A DNA stretch of 64,000 nt, from the NCBI GenBank assembly GCA_018066285.1, contig JAGHRS010000024.1:1279-65278 (forward strand). Direction: 5' to 3'. The notes under the pieces were generated by a model, which saw nothing but the letters and a program-made list of their open reading frames with translations, made no database searches and was not told the DNA's origin. Every line of letters starts with the position of its first letter. Position 1 is the first letter of the stretch. The DNA is from Candidatus Treponema caballi (GTDB taxonomy: Bacteria; Spirochaetota; Spirochaetia; Treponematales; Treponemataceae). Of this stretch, positions 33,707-42,607 are shown in pieces. A program made the position numbers and the translations under genes.

Positions 33707-33746
33707 AAAACAAAAAAGACGCCAAGGATGGCGTCTTTTTTGTTTT
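33707..33746. terminator. Bidirectional terminator between cobB and flaB (perfect 17-bp stem, loop AAGGAT)
   Basis: AAAACAAAAAAGACGCC-AAGGAT-GGCGTCTTTTTTGTTTT. Confidence 0.8.
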
Positions 33747-33755
33747 CCAAGCAAA

Positions 33756-33809
33756 GACAGTTTGCAAAGCAAACTGTCAGTTTTCGATGACCAAGGATGG
33801 TCATCGAAA
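33756..33809. other. Two further stem-loops directly downstream of the flaB stop
   Basis: GACAGTTTGC-AAA-GCAAACTGTC at 33756-33778. TTTCGATGACC-AAGGAT-GGTCATCGAAA at 33782-33809. The second shares the CCAAGGATGG core with the terminator. Confidence 0.6.
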
Positions 33810-33812
33810 TAC

Positions 33813-34673
33813 CTACTGCAGAAGTGAGAGTACGTTCTGAGAAGACTGGTTAGCCTGTGCGAGCATTGCTGTTCCAGCCTGCTGCAGAACCTGGTTCTTT
33901 GTGTATTCAACCATTTCAGAAGCCATGTCTGTATCACGGATGCGTGATTCAGAAGCCTGAAGGTTTTCTGCACCAATTGTCAAACCACTGTATGTTGACT
34001 CAAGGCGGTTCTGATATGCGCCGAGGTCTGCACGCTGTTTGTTGATTCTCTTGAGTGCTTCATCAAGAGTTCCGATTGCGCGGTTAGCTGAGTCTGGTGT
34101 GCCGAGGCTCATGATCTCGTCACTGCCGAACTCACGCAGATTGAGTGCTGTTGCTGTCATTGTACCAATGAACATCTCGAGTCGCTGGTCCATGTTTGCA
34201 CCAACATGCAGCCACATAGAAGCGGTTACAGAGTTTGTTCCTGTATCCTGTGCAAAGCGGCCTGTGAGCATGTTCATACCATTGAACTGTGCCTGGCTTG
34301 CGATGCGGTCGACTTCAGCAACAAGCTGTGAAACTTCAACCTGAATCTGCATGCGGTCTTCGTCAGTGTAGATTCCGTTGGAAGCCTGAACAGCCAGTTC
34401 GCGGATGCGCTGAACGATATCTGTTGTTTCCTGCAGATAGCCTTCAGTTGTCTGGATGAAAGAAATGCCGTTCTGAACGTTCTGTGCAGCCTGGTTCAAA
34501 CCACGAATCTGGCTCCGCATCTTCTCAGATACTGCAAGTCCTGAAGCATCATCACCTGCGCGGTTGATGCGCTGGCCTGATGAAAGCTTTTCCATGTTTC
34601 TCTGTGTTGAAGCGTTCGTTACCGCTGTCTGACGATTAGCGAACATAGCACTCATGTTGTGATTAATAACCAT
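33813..34673 (-). CDS. flaB: Flagellar filament core protein FlaB (flagellin)
   Basis: Start set at ATG 34673 ([15 protein letters not shown]...), preceded by AAGGAG. Conserved flagellin N and C domains ([23 protein letters not shown] ... [10 protein letters not shown]...SRIRDTDMA). Confidence 0.95.
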   Translation of the reverse strand: MVINHNMSAMFANRQTAVTNASTQRNMEKLSSGQRINRAGDDASGLAVSEKMRSQIRGLNQAAQNVQNGISFIQTTEGYLQETTDIVQRIRELAVQASNGIYTDEDRMQIQVEVSQLVAEVDRIASQAQFNGMNMLTGRFAQDTGTNSVTASMWLHVGANMDQRLEMFIGTMTATALNLREFGSDEIMSLGTPDSANRAIGTLDEALKRINKQRADLGAYQNRLESTYSGLTIGAENLQASESRIRDTDMASEMVEYTKNQVLQQAGTAMLAQANQSSQNVLSLLQ

Positions 34674-34760
34674 ACTGTATCTCCTTGAATTTACTGTATC
34701 GTTTTTAGCCTTCATGACTGCTAAGAACGATTCATCCGGTCTTCATGACCCGTTACTTTT

Positions 34761-34787
34761 CTATCGGACCCTGAAAAAAAGACTTAA
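34761..34787 (-). promoter_or_regulatory. Sigma28 (FliA)-type promoter of flaB
   Basis: The minus strand reads TTAA-N15-TCCGATAG against the consensus TAAA-N15-GCCGATAA. The leader to the ATG is about 85 nt. Confidence 0.55.
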
Positions 34788-34821
34788 CACTTTTTTAAAA
34801 AAATTTTATATTTTTTTTAAT

Positions 34822-35232
34822 ATGAACAGTTCCATGGTCCTTGCACTGCTTTTAATGGGCATTGCCGTAGCAATAATCATCTTTGTTTTCAGGGGGATAA
34901 GATTATCCTCTTCTAATAGAAGAAAACAGGAAAATCCTCCTTCCGGACCTAAATCCATCTGCCCTGTCTGCTGCACGCCACTTGATCCTGGTGAAAACCT
35001 TGTTACAAAGGTGTACAAAGGCTCTGCCATCAACGAGAAAAGCTGTTCTATATATGGATGTCCACACTGCTATCCGTTGCCGCATCCGGGAGTGACAAGA
35101 AGCTGTCCTGTATGCAAGGCAACTTTGCTGCCTTCTTCCTATTTAGTAGCTCATCTTTTTGTACGCGATGAAAACAAGAATCACGTGCACGTTTCAGGCT
35201 GTGTAAACTGTTGCAGCGGGCACAAGCGCTAA
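34822..35232 (+). CDS. Small membrane-anchored Cys-rich (zinc-ribbon-like) protein, hypothetical
   Basis: Start moved to ATG 34822 (MNSSMVLALLLMGIAVAIIIFVF). CPVCC, CPHC, CPVC and CVNCC pairs. Confidence 0.5.
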   Translation: MNSSMVLALLLMGIAVAIIIFVFRGIRLSSSNRRKQENPPSGPKSICPVCCTPLDPGENLVTKVYKGSAINEKSCSIYGCPHCYPLPHPGVTRSCPVCKATLLPSSYLVAHLFVRDENKNHVHVSGCVNCCSGHKR

Positions 35233-35236
35233 ATGC

Positions 35237-35265
35237 TTGCAGACTGAAAGATTAAATAGTATACT
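35237..35265 (+). promoter_or_regulatory. Candidate sigma70 promoter TTGCAG-N17-TATACT placed 6 nt upstream of the rsmI GTG
   Basis: -35 at 35237-35242 and -10 at 35260-35265. No SD. Confidence 0.5.
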
Positions 35266-35271
35266 TATTGT

Positions 35272-35982
35272 GTGTCGGATTTATATATAGTAGCAACTCC
35301 AATCGGAAATCTTGGTGACATCACCTTCCGGGCCCTTGAAACACTGAAGTCTGTCGATGTTGTGGCCGCAGAAGACACTAGACATACGCTGCAGCTGCTG
35401 ACACACTTTGAAATAAGGAAACCGCTGGTCTCCTGCCGTTCCCAGAACGAAGAAGATGCAGCTAAAAAGATAATTTCCATGCTTGATGAAGGCAAGAACG
35501 TTGCCTTTGCGAGCGATGCCGGAACGCCCGGGGTCAGTGATCCGGGGGCAATTCTGGTAAAAATGACCCGGGAGGCAGGGCACACGGTTATCCCGATTCC
35601 GGGGGCTTCCGCTTTTGCGACGCTGCTTTCAGTAGCAGGTCCGGGCGGAAAGACGGTTATCTTTGAAGGTTTCCTTTCTCCTAAACCGGGGAGAAGGCGG
35701 TCCCGCCTCAGAGAGCTCATGGCAACTGGATGTGCATTCGTAATCTATGAATCGCCGTACAGAATTGTTAAACTTTTGGCAGATATTGCCGATATTGAAA
35801 GTGAGCGGCATGTGGTAATTGGTCGTGAGATGACTAAACTGCATGAAGAGATTGTGGAGGGCTCTGCCGGGCAATTACTGGAAGATTTCAGTTCCAGAAG
35901 TAAAATTCTGGGTGAATTTGCAGTTTTTGTCTCAGGAAATGTAAAGAATGCTCAACTTGTGGAAGATTGTACCGATAAATAG
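35272..35982 (+). CDS. rsmI: 16S rRNA (cytidine1402-2'-O)-methyltransferase RsmI
   Basis: [34 protein letters not shown] and [14 protein letters not shown] (tetrapyrrole-methylase fold). GTG start. Confidence 0.9.
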   Translation: MSDLYIVATPIGNLGDITFRALETLKSVDVVAAEDTRHTLQLLTHFEIRKPLVSCRSQNEEDAAKKIISMLDEGKNVAFASDAGTPGVSDPGAILVKMTREAGHTVIPIPGASAFATLLSVAGPGGKTVIFEGFLSPKPGRRRSRLRELMATGCAFVIYESPYRIVKLLADIADIESERHVVIGREMTKLHEEIVEGSAGQLLEDFSSRSKILGEFAVFVSGNVKNAQLVEDCTDK

Positions 35983-35998
35983 GTAAGGCAGGTCGAAT

Positions 35999-36286
35999 AT
36001 GATGATTGACAGACTTAACGGAATCAATCCGTTGGACAATGTTAAAGGTTCTCAAAAAGCAGCACCTACTTCACGTGTATATACAGCTGAAGACAGTATT
36101 TCTATCTCAGATGAAGCACGTGAGATGGCTGAAATGTTAAAAATGGATGCTATCGCCAAAGAAACACCTGATGTACGCGCAGACCTCGTAGCTCAGGTAA
36201 AGGCAAAAATTGCAGATCCAAATTATCTGAATGCTTCAGTGATTGAGTCAGCAGCGGATAAGATTCTTGACAGCTTTGGCCTCTAA
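35999..36286 (+). CDS. flgM: Anti-sigma-28 factor FlgM
   Basis: 95 aa. DSISISDEA ... RADLVAQVKAKIADPNYLNASVIESAADKIL matches the FlgM C-terminal sigma28-binding region. Confidence 0.8.
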   Translation: MMIDRLNGINPLDNVKGSQKAAPTSRVYTAEDSISISDEAREMAEMLKMDAIAKETPDVRADLVAQVKAKIADPNYLNASVIESAADKILDSFGL

Positions 36287-36313
36287 ATTCAGGCATTGCA
36301 TGTTATAAAAAGA

Positions 36314-36339
36314 GGCGGAATGTTTTTCCGCCTTTTTTT
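36314..36339 (+). terminator. Rho-independent terminator after flgM
   Basis: GGCGGAA-TGTTT-TTCCGCC followed by T7. Confidence 0.75.
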
Positions 36340-36355
36340 GTCTAAGGAGTAAAAA

Positions 36356-37504
36356 ATGGCCGATTTCAGTTTAAAAATATCACCGAACATCACATTAGGT
36401 TCCTATTCATCAACCCGTCTCGGCCAGTTTGTCCGTGAGTGGGGTACCCGTTACATGCTCATCATGGATCCCGTTCTGAATGAGAGTGGTGCCGCAGAAA
36501 AAATTAAAGTTTCACTTACAGACCGCAACATAGATTATTTCACTTTCGAAGAACTTCCTTCTTCTCCAGATTCATCAATACTGGAACGCGCCATTAATCT
36601 TGCACGTGACGCTCACATTCATGGTGTCATTACTGCAGGAGGCGAAAAAGCTGGAAATCTTGGACGTGCTGTTGCTGCTTTATATCACGAAGCCAACAAT
36701 CTGTATGAATACGTTGATGGAGCAACGCCGACGACAAGTCCGCTGCCGTGCATCTGTCTGCCAACAACCATAAAGGATGAGTTCCTGTTCTCAGACAGGA
36801 TTCCTGTCATTGATGGAAGAACCCGGCAGCTCAAACTGATGAAAAGCCCTTCAGGCCTGGTAAAGCTTGCGCTTTTTGACCCTAACCTGACCGTTTCACT
36901 TACAGAAAACCAGACAGCATCTCTTGCAATCCAGACTCTCTGTATGGCTGTCGAATGCTATCTTTCCCAGAAATCAAACTTCTTTTCAGATACAATCTGC
37001 GAAAAAGCCATAGAATTGTTGAGCAGCGGAATGGACGGTTCTCCGACGCTTTCAAATGCAACTCCACCAGAGCAGTTCCTCATGCAGGGAGGATGTATGA
37101 CATCACTTGCAGCAGGAATCAGTTCTGTGGGACCAGCTTCTCTGCTTGCCCTGACAATTGGAGCGCGGTACAGGCTGCCACGTTCAACAATTGCATCAAT
37201 TCTCTTTCCTTATGTCATTGAAGACGCTGCCCGTTTCAAGACAGAGCGCCTTGCCAATGTAGCCCGCATCATGCAGGTTGCATCAGATACGACATCCAGT
37301 GAAACTGCGGCAACTGCACTTGCTGATAATATCCGCAACAGGCTTGCAATGGCCAATCTGCCTGCGCGTCTGAAGGATCTTAACATTTCCATTGAGCAGC
37401 TTTCTCTTGCAGCAGAAGATGCGGGCCAGCTTGAAATGATAAATGCGATGCCGCGTTCAATGACTGCGGATGATCTTTTTGACTTCATCAAGCAGGCATA
37501 CTGA
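36356..37504 (+). CDS. Iron-containing alcohol dehydrogenase-fold protein, apparently degenerate active site
   Basis: Overall Fe-ADH-like length and layout. The GGGS-type NAD motif reads AGGEKAGN, and the THAIEAY-type metal motif reads CMAVECY. Confidence 0.65.
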   Translation: MADFSLKISPNITLGSYSSTRLGQFVREWGTRYMLIMDPVLNESGAAEKIKVSLTDRNIDYFTFEELPSSPDSSILERAINLARDAHIHGVITAGGEKAGNLGRAVAALYHEANNLYEYVDGATPTTSPLPCICLPTTIKDEFLFSDRIPVIDGRTRQLKLMKSPSGLVKLALFDPNLTVSLTENQTASLAIQTLCMAVECYLSQKSNFFSDTICEKAIELLSSGMDGSPTLSNATPPEQFLMQGGCMTSLAAGISSVGPASLLALTIGARYRLPRSTIASILFPYVIEDAARFKTERLANVARIMQVASDTTSSETAATALADNIRNRLAMANLPARLKDLNISIEQLSLAAEDAGQLEMINAMPRSMTADDLFDFIKQAY

Positions 37505-38361
37505 TGATTCCACCAGAAAAACTCTTTGAACTCGAAGGCGGTCAGCGCAGACGGAAGCTGGCCCTGTGTTTTGGCGCGCTTGAGCGTGATATTGCCGGCA
37601 TTGCGGAACCAGGTACGGAATACAACTTCAAGTCGTTGACGCGGCCACAGTATACGCGTCGCATAGCAGAAGTGCTTTTAAAAGATCCGCAGCTTTCAGA
37701 AAGCGGCCGTAATGAGCTTATGGCACTTCTTGCAGCATCATCTTTTGATGAGCGGCGTGTCTGTAACTGTGCGCGCAATGAGCTGCTTAAGATAATCGGA
37801 ACATTTCCTGCTGAATGGGATCTCGTCATTGCACCGCACAAGCCACATATTCAGCCTGCAGAAGAATCGGCGGAAAGCGTGGCAGGAGCTGACGGTGTTG
37901 TCACGCAGCGGGACTTTTTTCCAGGTGTCATGGTGTATGCAGAAGACATCCGCTCTCCGTTCAACCTTGGTTCAATTGTAAGGACAGCGGAAGCGTTCGG
38001 GGCTGAAAAACTTTTTCTTTCGCCCAACTGCACGGACCTTTCTCATCCGCGTGCGATACGCTCTTCAATGGGATGCGACAAGATTTTAAGCTGGGAGCGG
38101 ACTTCTCTGGACAAATTGCCTGAAGACGTGCCTGTGTTCTCGCTTGAAACGGGCGGAACTGACATTTCTGAGTTTGTTTTTCCGAAAAAGGGCATTGTGA
38201 TTCTGGGTTCTGAAGAGCTCGGCGTAAGTCCGGAGGCTTTGAAACGTGCAACGTACGGATGCGTTTCCATCCCGATGAAAGGCATGAAGGCGTCGCTGAA
38301 TGTTGGAGTTGCTTTTGGAATCCTGATGCAGGCGTGGACGAGCGCTCTTACCGTTCTTTAG
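37504..38361 (+). CDS. SpoU/TrmH-family RNA methyltransferase with an N-terminal extension
   Basis: C-terminal SPOUT motifs (NLGSIVRTAEAFG, LGSEELGVS, SLNVGVAFGILM). TGATG junction with the upstream gene. Confidence 0.8.
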   Translation: MIPPEKLFELEGGQRRRKLALCFGALERDIAGIAEPGTEYNFKSLTRPQYTRRIAEVLLKDPQLSESGRNELMALLAASSFDERRVCNCARNELLKIIGTFPAEWDLVIAPHKPHIQPAEESAESVAGADGVVTQRDFFPGVMVYAEDIRSPFNLGSIVRTAEAFGAEKLFLSPNCTDLSHPRAIRSSMGCDKILSWERTSLDKLPEDVPVFSLETGGTDISEFVFPKKGIVILGSEELGVSPEALKRATYGCVSIPMKGMKASLNVGVAFGILMQAWTSALTVL

Positions 38362-39841
38362 TGAGTTCTGTCTGAAGTTTTTCAACAAGCGCTTTCAGTT
38401 TATCCTCGTCCTTAATACCGAAAGCATTCAGAATGCCTTCATCAAACTGGTAGAACTCGACAGAACCATCCAGATAATGAGTCAGCATCTCTGCAAAATA
38501 AACAACGGTAGCTATACTCTTTACATCTGCAGGCGCAAGTTCCGGATTATGATGATACCGGATTGTAAGCGAAATGACTTTCGGGAAGTTCCATTTTTCC
38601 GTAATCTGAGCACCAATTTCTGCGTGATTTGCTCCTGATGTAATCTTTTCAAACAGTTCATTCTTCATCTGTTTTTCGGAACAGTGTGATCTGTATTTAT
38701 CCATGAGTTCCGGATGCACATTCTCAAAGACAACCTTTCCCACATCATGCAGCAGACCGCAGACATAAGAATCATCTGTAACCTGTCTGTTACTGCGGAA
38801 ATAAGCTTTTGCAACAAGACTGCTGAAGGCTGCGACCTGATAGCTGTGGTCCCAGAGATCCTTCTTTGCGTTTGAGGAATCCTGAAGGGTTTTGAGTGAT
38901 CCGACAGAATATAGAAGGTTGCGTAATCCACGGATACCGACGAGTTTAACGGCATCAAGAATGCTCAGGCACGGAGTTGGTAAAGAGAATGCTGCAGAGT
39001 TTACGTGACGCAGAAGGTCAGTGGTAAGGGAAACGTCGTTGCTGATTTCATGGGCGACTTCCTGAAAATCAACAGCAGGGTCACTGAGCATGGACTGAAT
39101 GCGCGCAATGTTATCAGGGAACTGAGGCAGGCTGTCAATTTCAGTGACAATGTCTTTTGACATTTCGGTAATGTCTTCCTGCGTGCGTTTGTTGAGTGGC
39201 AGAATAATCCGGCTGATGGTTTCACCATTCTCGCTGAAGACCTGATAATTATTTTCTGCAAGACCGATTTTCTGCAGCATAAGGATCATGATGATGAGTC
39301 CGAGACCTGCGCCCTCGCTGTCATCAAGAATCTGGGCGAATGCTTCATCAATGGATGTGTACTGCTGCGCTCTCGAAAGCTTGTCGTGAATACGCTTGTA
39401 TTCGAAAACGGTCAGTTCTGTGTGGTTGCGGACTTCAAGGCAGATTTTTCCATTCTTTGCCTGCAGGATGAGTTTGATGTAATAGTTGGATGCTTTCTGG
39501 AGTGACAGGTAGTGTTTCAGGTTTTCAAGCGTATCGACCTTGAACGTTTTCATGCCCATTTCATAATCTTTCGGGTCGTTGATATCCAGATGTTTCTCCT
39601 GGAAGTAAATACGCTTTGTGTTTGCCTTCTTTGCATTGGTTGTAAGTTCATTCATGCAGTACACAAGATACTCGGTCATGTGTTCCTGATTAAGTTCTTT
39701 CAGAAAGGCAGTAAGTACATCCGCCATATAAATTTCCATTTCATGTGGCAACGTATATGTTGTTATTGAAAGAGGAATATTAGACTGTACGGCTCGACGG
39801 ATTTTACTCGGGTCGACCTGAATACGGCTGGAGTCAGACAT
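38348..39841 (-). CDS. HDOD-domain signalling protein with an N-terminal HATPase-like region
   Basis: HDOD motifs (ILDAVKLVGIRGLRNLL, CGLLHDVGKVVF, HAEIGAQITEKWNFP, IRYHH). N-terminal DSEGAGLGLIIM. First ATG at 39841; the ORF-track start at 39865 is TTG. Confidence 0.8.
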   Translation of the reverse strand: MSDSSRIQVDPSKIRRAVQSNIPLSITTYTLPHEMEIYMADVLTAFLKELNQEHMTEYLVYCMNELTTNAKKANTKRIYFQEKHLDINDPKDYEMGMKTFKVDTLENLKHYLSLQKASNYYIKLILQAKNGKICLEVRNHTELTVFEYKRIHDKLSRAQQYTSIDEAFAQILDDSEGAGLGLIIMILMLQKIGLAENNYQVFSENGETISRIILPLNKRTQEDITEMSKDIVTEIDSLPQFPDNIARIQSMLSDPAVDFQEVAHEISNDVSLTTDLLRHVNSAAFSLPTPCLSILDAVKLVGIRGLRNLLYSVGSLKTLQDSSNAKKDLWDHSYQVAAFSSLVAKAYFRSNRQVTDDSYVCGLLHDVGKVVFENVHPELMDKYRSHCSEKQMKNELFEKITSGANHAEIGAQITEKWNFPKVISLTIRYHHNPELAPADVKSIATVVYFAEMLTHYLDGSVEFYQFDEGILNAFGIKDEDKLKALVEKLQTELTKER

Positions 39842-39937
39842 ACTTATTATAATTCTACCATACAAAGAACCAAAAAAAAAGCATTTTCATAAAATTTGAA
39901 TGTTGTTATAAACAATGTTTTCATTTATCATTACCAT

Positions 39938-40960
39938 ATGTCGAGTTATGTTTTAGGCGGTGTCTTGCTGCTCGGTCTTCTGGCCCCGGTAATACTCCGG
40001 ATTTTCATGAAAAAGCGGACACATGTTGATACGACAGTCATTCTTGTTCCGGTTTCCGTCTTTGTTTTCATAATTTACGTGATTGCATTTGGTGTACAGC
40101 TTTTCACGGTATTACTCGCCATCCTGATTTTTCTGGTGGTAATCACCAATTTCCGCGCATTACAACGGTATTTTAACGGACTGTATGTTGATTATTACCA
40201 TGTTCCTTATGTTATTGCGACGGTTCTTTCAGGATTTGCCATTGTTTTTCTGTGTTTTCTTCTTGTCTGGTTTGCTCCGGTAAACGATATGGATATAGTC
40301 ATTACTGTTAAGGACAGACCTGCGTATACTGAAACAAGACAGACTTTTACAGGAACCGCTTATCAGGGATTTTCAGAAAAGAACTCCGTATTTGAGAAAA
40401 CATCTGCGGTCGTTACCACGTATACTCCGGAAGAAGACAATGAAAGAAGCCCGGTTATCGTTTTTGTTCCTGATGTCTGTGTCAGGGCCGCTGATTACGT
40501 TCCGCTCATGAAAGTTCTGGCTCTGCGTGGATATGCATGTACTGCCGCAGACATTACGTCAGCAGATACGGCGCTTTTATCTTTCAATGGCACATGGATC
40601 AGACCTTTCATCATGCGGGTTGAACGTATCATGAATCAGAAAGCGTTCAATGAGGTAAAAGACGGATATTTTCAGAAAAAGCTGCTTGAAACGAAAGCTT
40701 TCATCAGCCTTGTCAAAAAGCAGTATCCAGGGCGGGAGATTGTTTTAGCTGCGGATGAGGAATATCCGCTGTTAAGCAGAGAAATGATTGAAGGCGTACG
40801 GGTGCTTCGGCTTGAACTTGACGGGTTGGGCTTCCTGCCGCTGACACATCCGCTTGATGCAGCCTGTATAATGCCGGATAAGTACACGTATGCGGGAAGG
40901 CGCACCTCAGACAGAATGGTATACGAGGCAGCAAATTACATTATTGGAGAATGCAGATGA
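39938..40960 (+). CDS. Hypothetical membrane protein with a soluble, possibly alpha/beta-hydrolase-like, C-domain
   Basis: Four N-terminal TM segments. No catalytic motif confidently seen. First ATG at 39938. Confidence 0.5.
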   Translation: MSSYVLGGVLLLGLLAPVILRIFMKKRTHVDTTVILVPVSVFVFIIYVIAFGVQLFTVLLAILIFLVVITNFRALQRYFNGLYVDYYHVPYVIATVLSGFAIVFLCFLLVWFAPVNDMDIVITVKDRPAYTETRQTFTGTAYQGFSEKNSVFEKTSAVVTTYTPEEDNERSPVIVFVPDVCVRAADYVPLMKVLALRGYACTAADITSADTALLSFNGTWIRPFIMRVERIMNQKAFNEVKDGYFQKKLLETKAFISLVKKQYPGREIVLAADEEYPLLSREMIEGVRVLRLELDGLGFLPLTHPLDAACIMPDKYTYAGRRTSDRMVYEAANYIIGECR

Positions 40961-41724
40961 CGCTTAATGAATGTTCAGCATGGCTGTGCGCCCTGCTTAA
41001 GCCGGAACTTTTTCCTGGCGATCCGTCAATGAACGGCGTACAGGTCAGTAACAGTGCGCCTGATACAAAGCAGATCAGGAAGATTGCCTTTGCAGTGGAC
41101 GCCTGCCTTGAGACAATCGAAAAGGCTGCGGCCGAAAAGGCGGATCTTCTTGTGGTACATCACGGGCTTTTCTGGGGTCAACCCATTGCAATAGATGGTG
41201 CGCATTACGGCCGCGTGAAAGCGCTTCTTGATGCCGACATGGCGCTTTTTGCCTGCCATATTCCGTTGGACGCAAATGCAGATTGCGGTAATAATTACGG
41301 AATCGCCCGACGCATAGGTCTTGAAAACCTGGAACCATTCGGCTTCTGGCGTGGCATGCAGCTTGGTGTCATGGGCTCGTTCCCGTCTCCGCTTTCAAAA
41401 GAGGAAATCTGCCGCCGGCTGCTTCCTGAAGAAGCATCTCCGCTTGCAGTGCTGCCGTTCGGTCCGGATGCCATACAGAAGGTCGCTGTCATTTCAGGCG
41501 GTGCCGGCGAAGATGTTGATCAGGCAATAGAAGCGGGCGCCGATGCATATATTACGGGAACGATAGAGCATGAACAGTATCATGTGGCTAAAGAACACCG
41601 GATAACGGTGATTGCCGGCGGTCACTACAATACGGAGACTGTGGGCGTTTCGCTCGTTATGAAGAAAATACAAGAAGAAACGGGCGTTGATGTTGTCTTC
41701 ATCAATGCTCCGACGGAATTGTGA
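40957..41724 (+). CDS. Nif3-family dinuclear metal centre protein (GTP cyclohydrolase 1 type 2 homolog)
   Basis: NGVQVSN, LLVVHHGLFW, HIPLDAN and GGHYNTE motifs. ATGA overlap at 40957-40960 with GGAGA 6 nt upstream. Confidence 0.85.
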   Translation: MTLNECSAWLCALLKPELFPGDPSMNGVQVSNSAPDTKQIRKIAFAVDACLETIEKAAAEKADLLVVHHGLFWGQPIAIDGAHYGRVKALLDADMALFACHIPLDANADCGNNYGIARRIGLENLEPFGFWRGMQLGVMGSFPSPLSKEEICRRLLPEEASPLAVLPFGPDAIQKVAVISGGAGEDVDQAIEAGADAYITGTIEHEQYHVAKEHRITVIAGGHYNTETVGVSLVMKKIQEETGVDVVFINAPTEL

Positions 41725-41733
41725 GGTACATTA

Positions 41734-42264
41734 ATGGATAAACAGAAAAAGCAGAAACTGGTTCCGCTTTCATTACTTGCAGGCGTCCTCATCCTGGACC
41801 AGCTTACTAAACATCTTGTCGTTACATTCATTCCACGGAATACGATTCTGTGCAGTTTTTTCGGAGATTTCCTCCGTATTGTCCATGTCCGTAATCTGGG
41901 AGCAGCTTTCAGTTTTGGCTCAGGACTTCCTGTTTCTGCACGCTCTGTGCTGCTTGCCATCCTGCCGGTAATCGTTCTGTGTATAGCTCTTTTTATTTAC
42001 TTCAGGAATAATGAGTTTACCTATTGCCAGCGCTGGCTCATATGCGGTGTTCTTGGCGGTGGTTTTGGCAATATTATTGACAGGCTCTTCCGTCCTGCAG
42101 GTGTTGTTGATTTTATTGATGTAAAGTTTTATGGTATCTTTGGTTTTGAACGATGGCCGACATTCAACGTTGCAGATTCCTGTATTATGGTATGTGGCAT
42201 CTGGTTGTTCATAAATGCTTTGATTACGATAAAAAACGAAAAAGGAACGGAAAATGACAAATAA
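41734..42264 (+). CDS. lspA: Lipoprotein signal peptidase II
   Basis: DQLTKHLV, NLGAAFSFG, GNIIDRL and FNVADSCI motifs. Confidence 0.9.
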   Translation: MDKQKKQKLVPLSLLAGVLILDQLTKHLVVTFIPRNTILCSFFGDFLRIVHVRNLGAAFSFGSGLPVSARSVLLAILPVIVLCIALFIYFRNNEFTYCQRWLICGVLGGGFGNIIDRLFRPAGVVDFIDVKFYGIFGFERWPTFNVADSCIMVCGIWLFINALITIKNEKGTENDK

Positions 42265-42553
42265 GAAAAACACTATTCTCTTCATCATTGTTGGTACTAT
42301 TGTTCAGGTTTTGCTTATTCTTCTGCTTCTGGCTGTTTTCATCACTCTGACTGCTGTTGTTTTCAAGAATGACAACGATAATATGGCAGCAGCTTTAATG
42401 ATTGCAAGCATACTCTGCTCTTATTTTCTTGGTGCATTGCTTTATCAGAAACTGGCAACGTGGGTAATCACGAAATGGCATCTTGAGGATAAGCTGGATC
42501 CGCTGTTCTCAAAGCGGACAATGAAGAAGAACAGGTACGACAATCAGTTCTGA
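42254..42553 (+). CDS. Small hypothetical membrane protein
   Basis: 99 aa with two TM segments. Overlaps the lspA 3' end by 11 nt. Confidence 0.5.
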   Translation: MTNKKNTILFIIVGTIVQVLLILLLLAVFITLTAVVFKNDNDNMAAALMIASILCSYFLGALLYQKLATWVITKWHLEDKLDPLFSKRTMKKNRYDNQF

Positions 42554-42587
42554 TAAAAAAAGCGTTCCAGACGGAACGCTTTTTTTA
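42554..42587. terminator. Bidirectional terminator
   Basis: A7-AGCGTTCC-AGAC-GGAACGCT-T7 between convergent genes. Confidence 0.8.
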
Positions 42588-42607
42588 TTGCTTAAGTCAG
42601 TCAGGAA

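Noticed and set aside
39842-39873. TTGGTT-N16-TATAAT promoter-like sequence ending only 4 nt before the HDOD gene ATG
   Set aside because: The spacing is too short for either a leaderless or a leadered transcript from this -10. I could not decide between a chance match and a mis-set start codon, so it is not reported as a feature.
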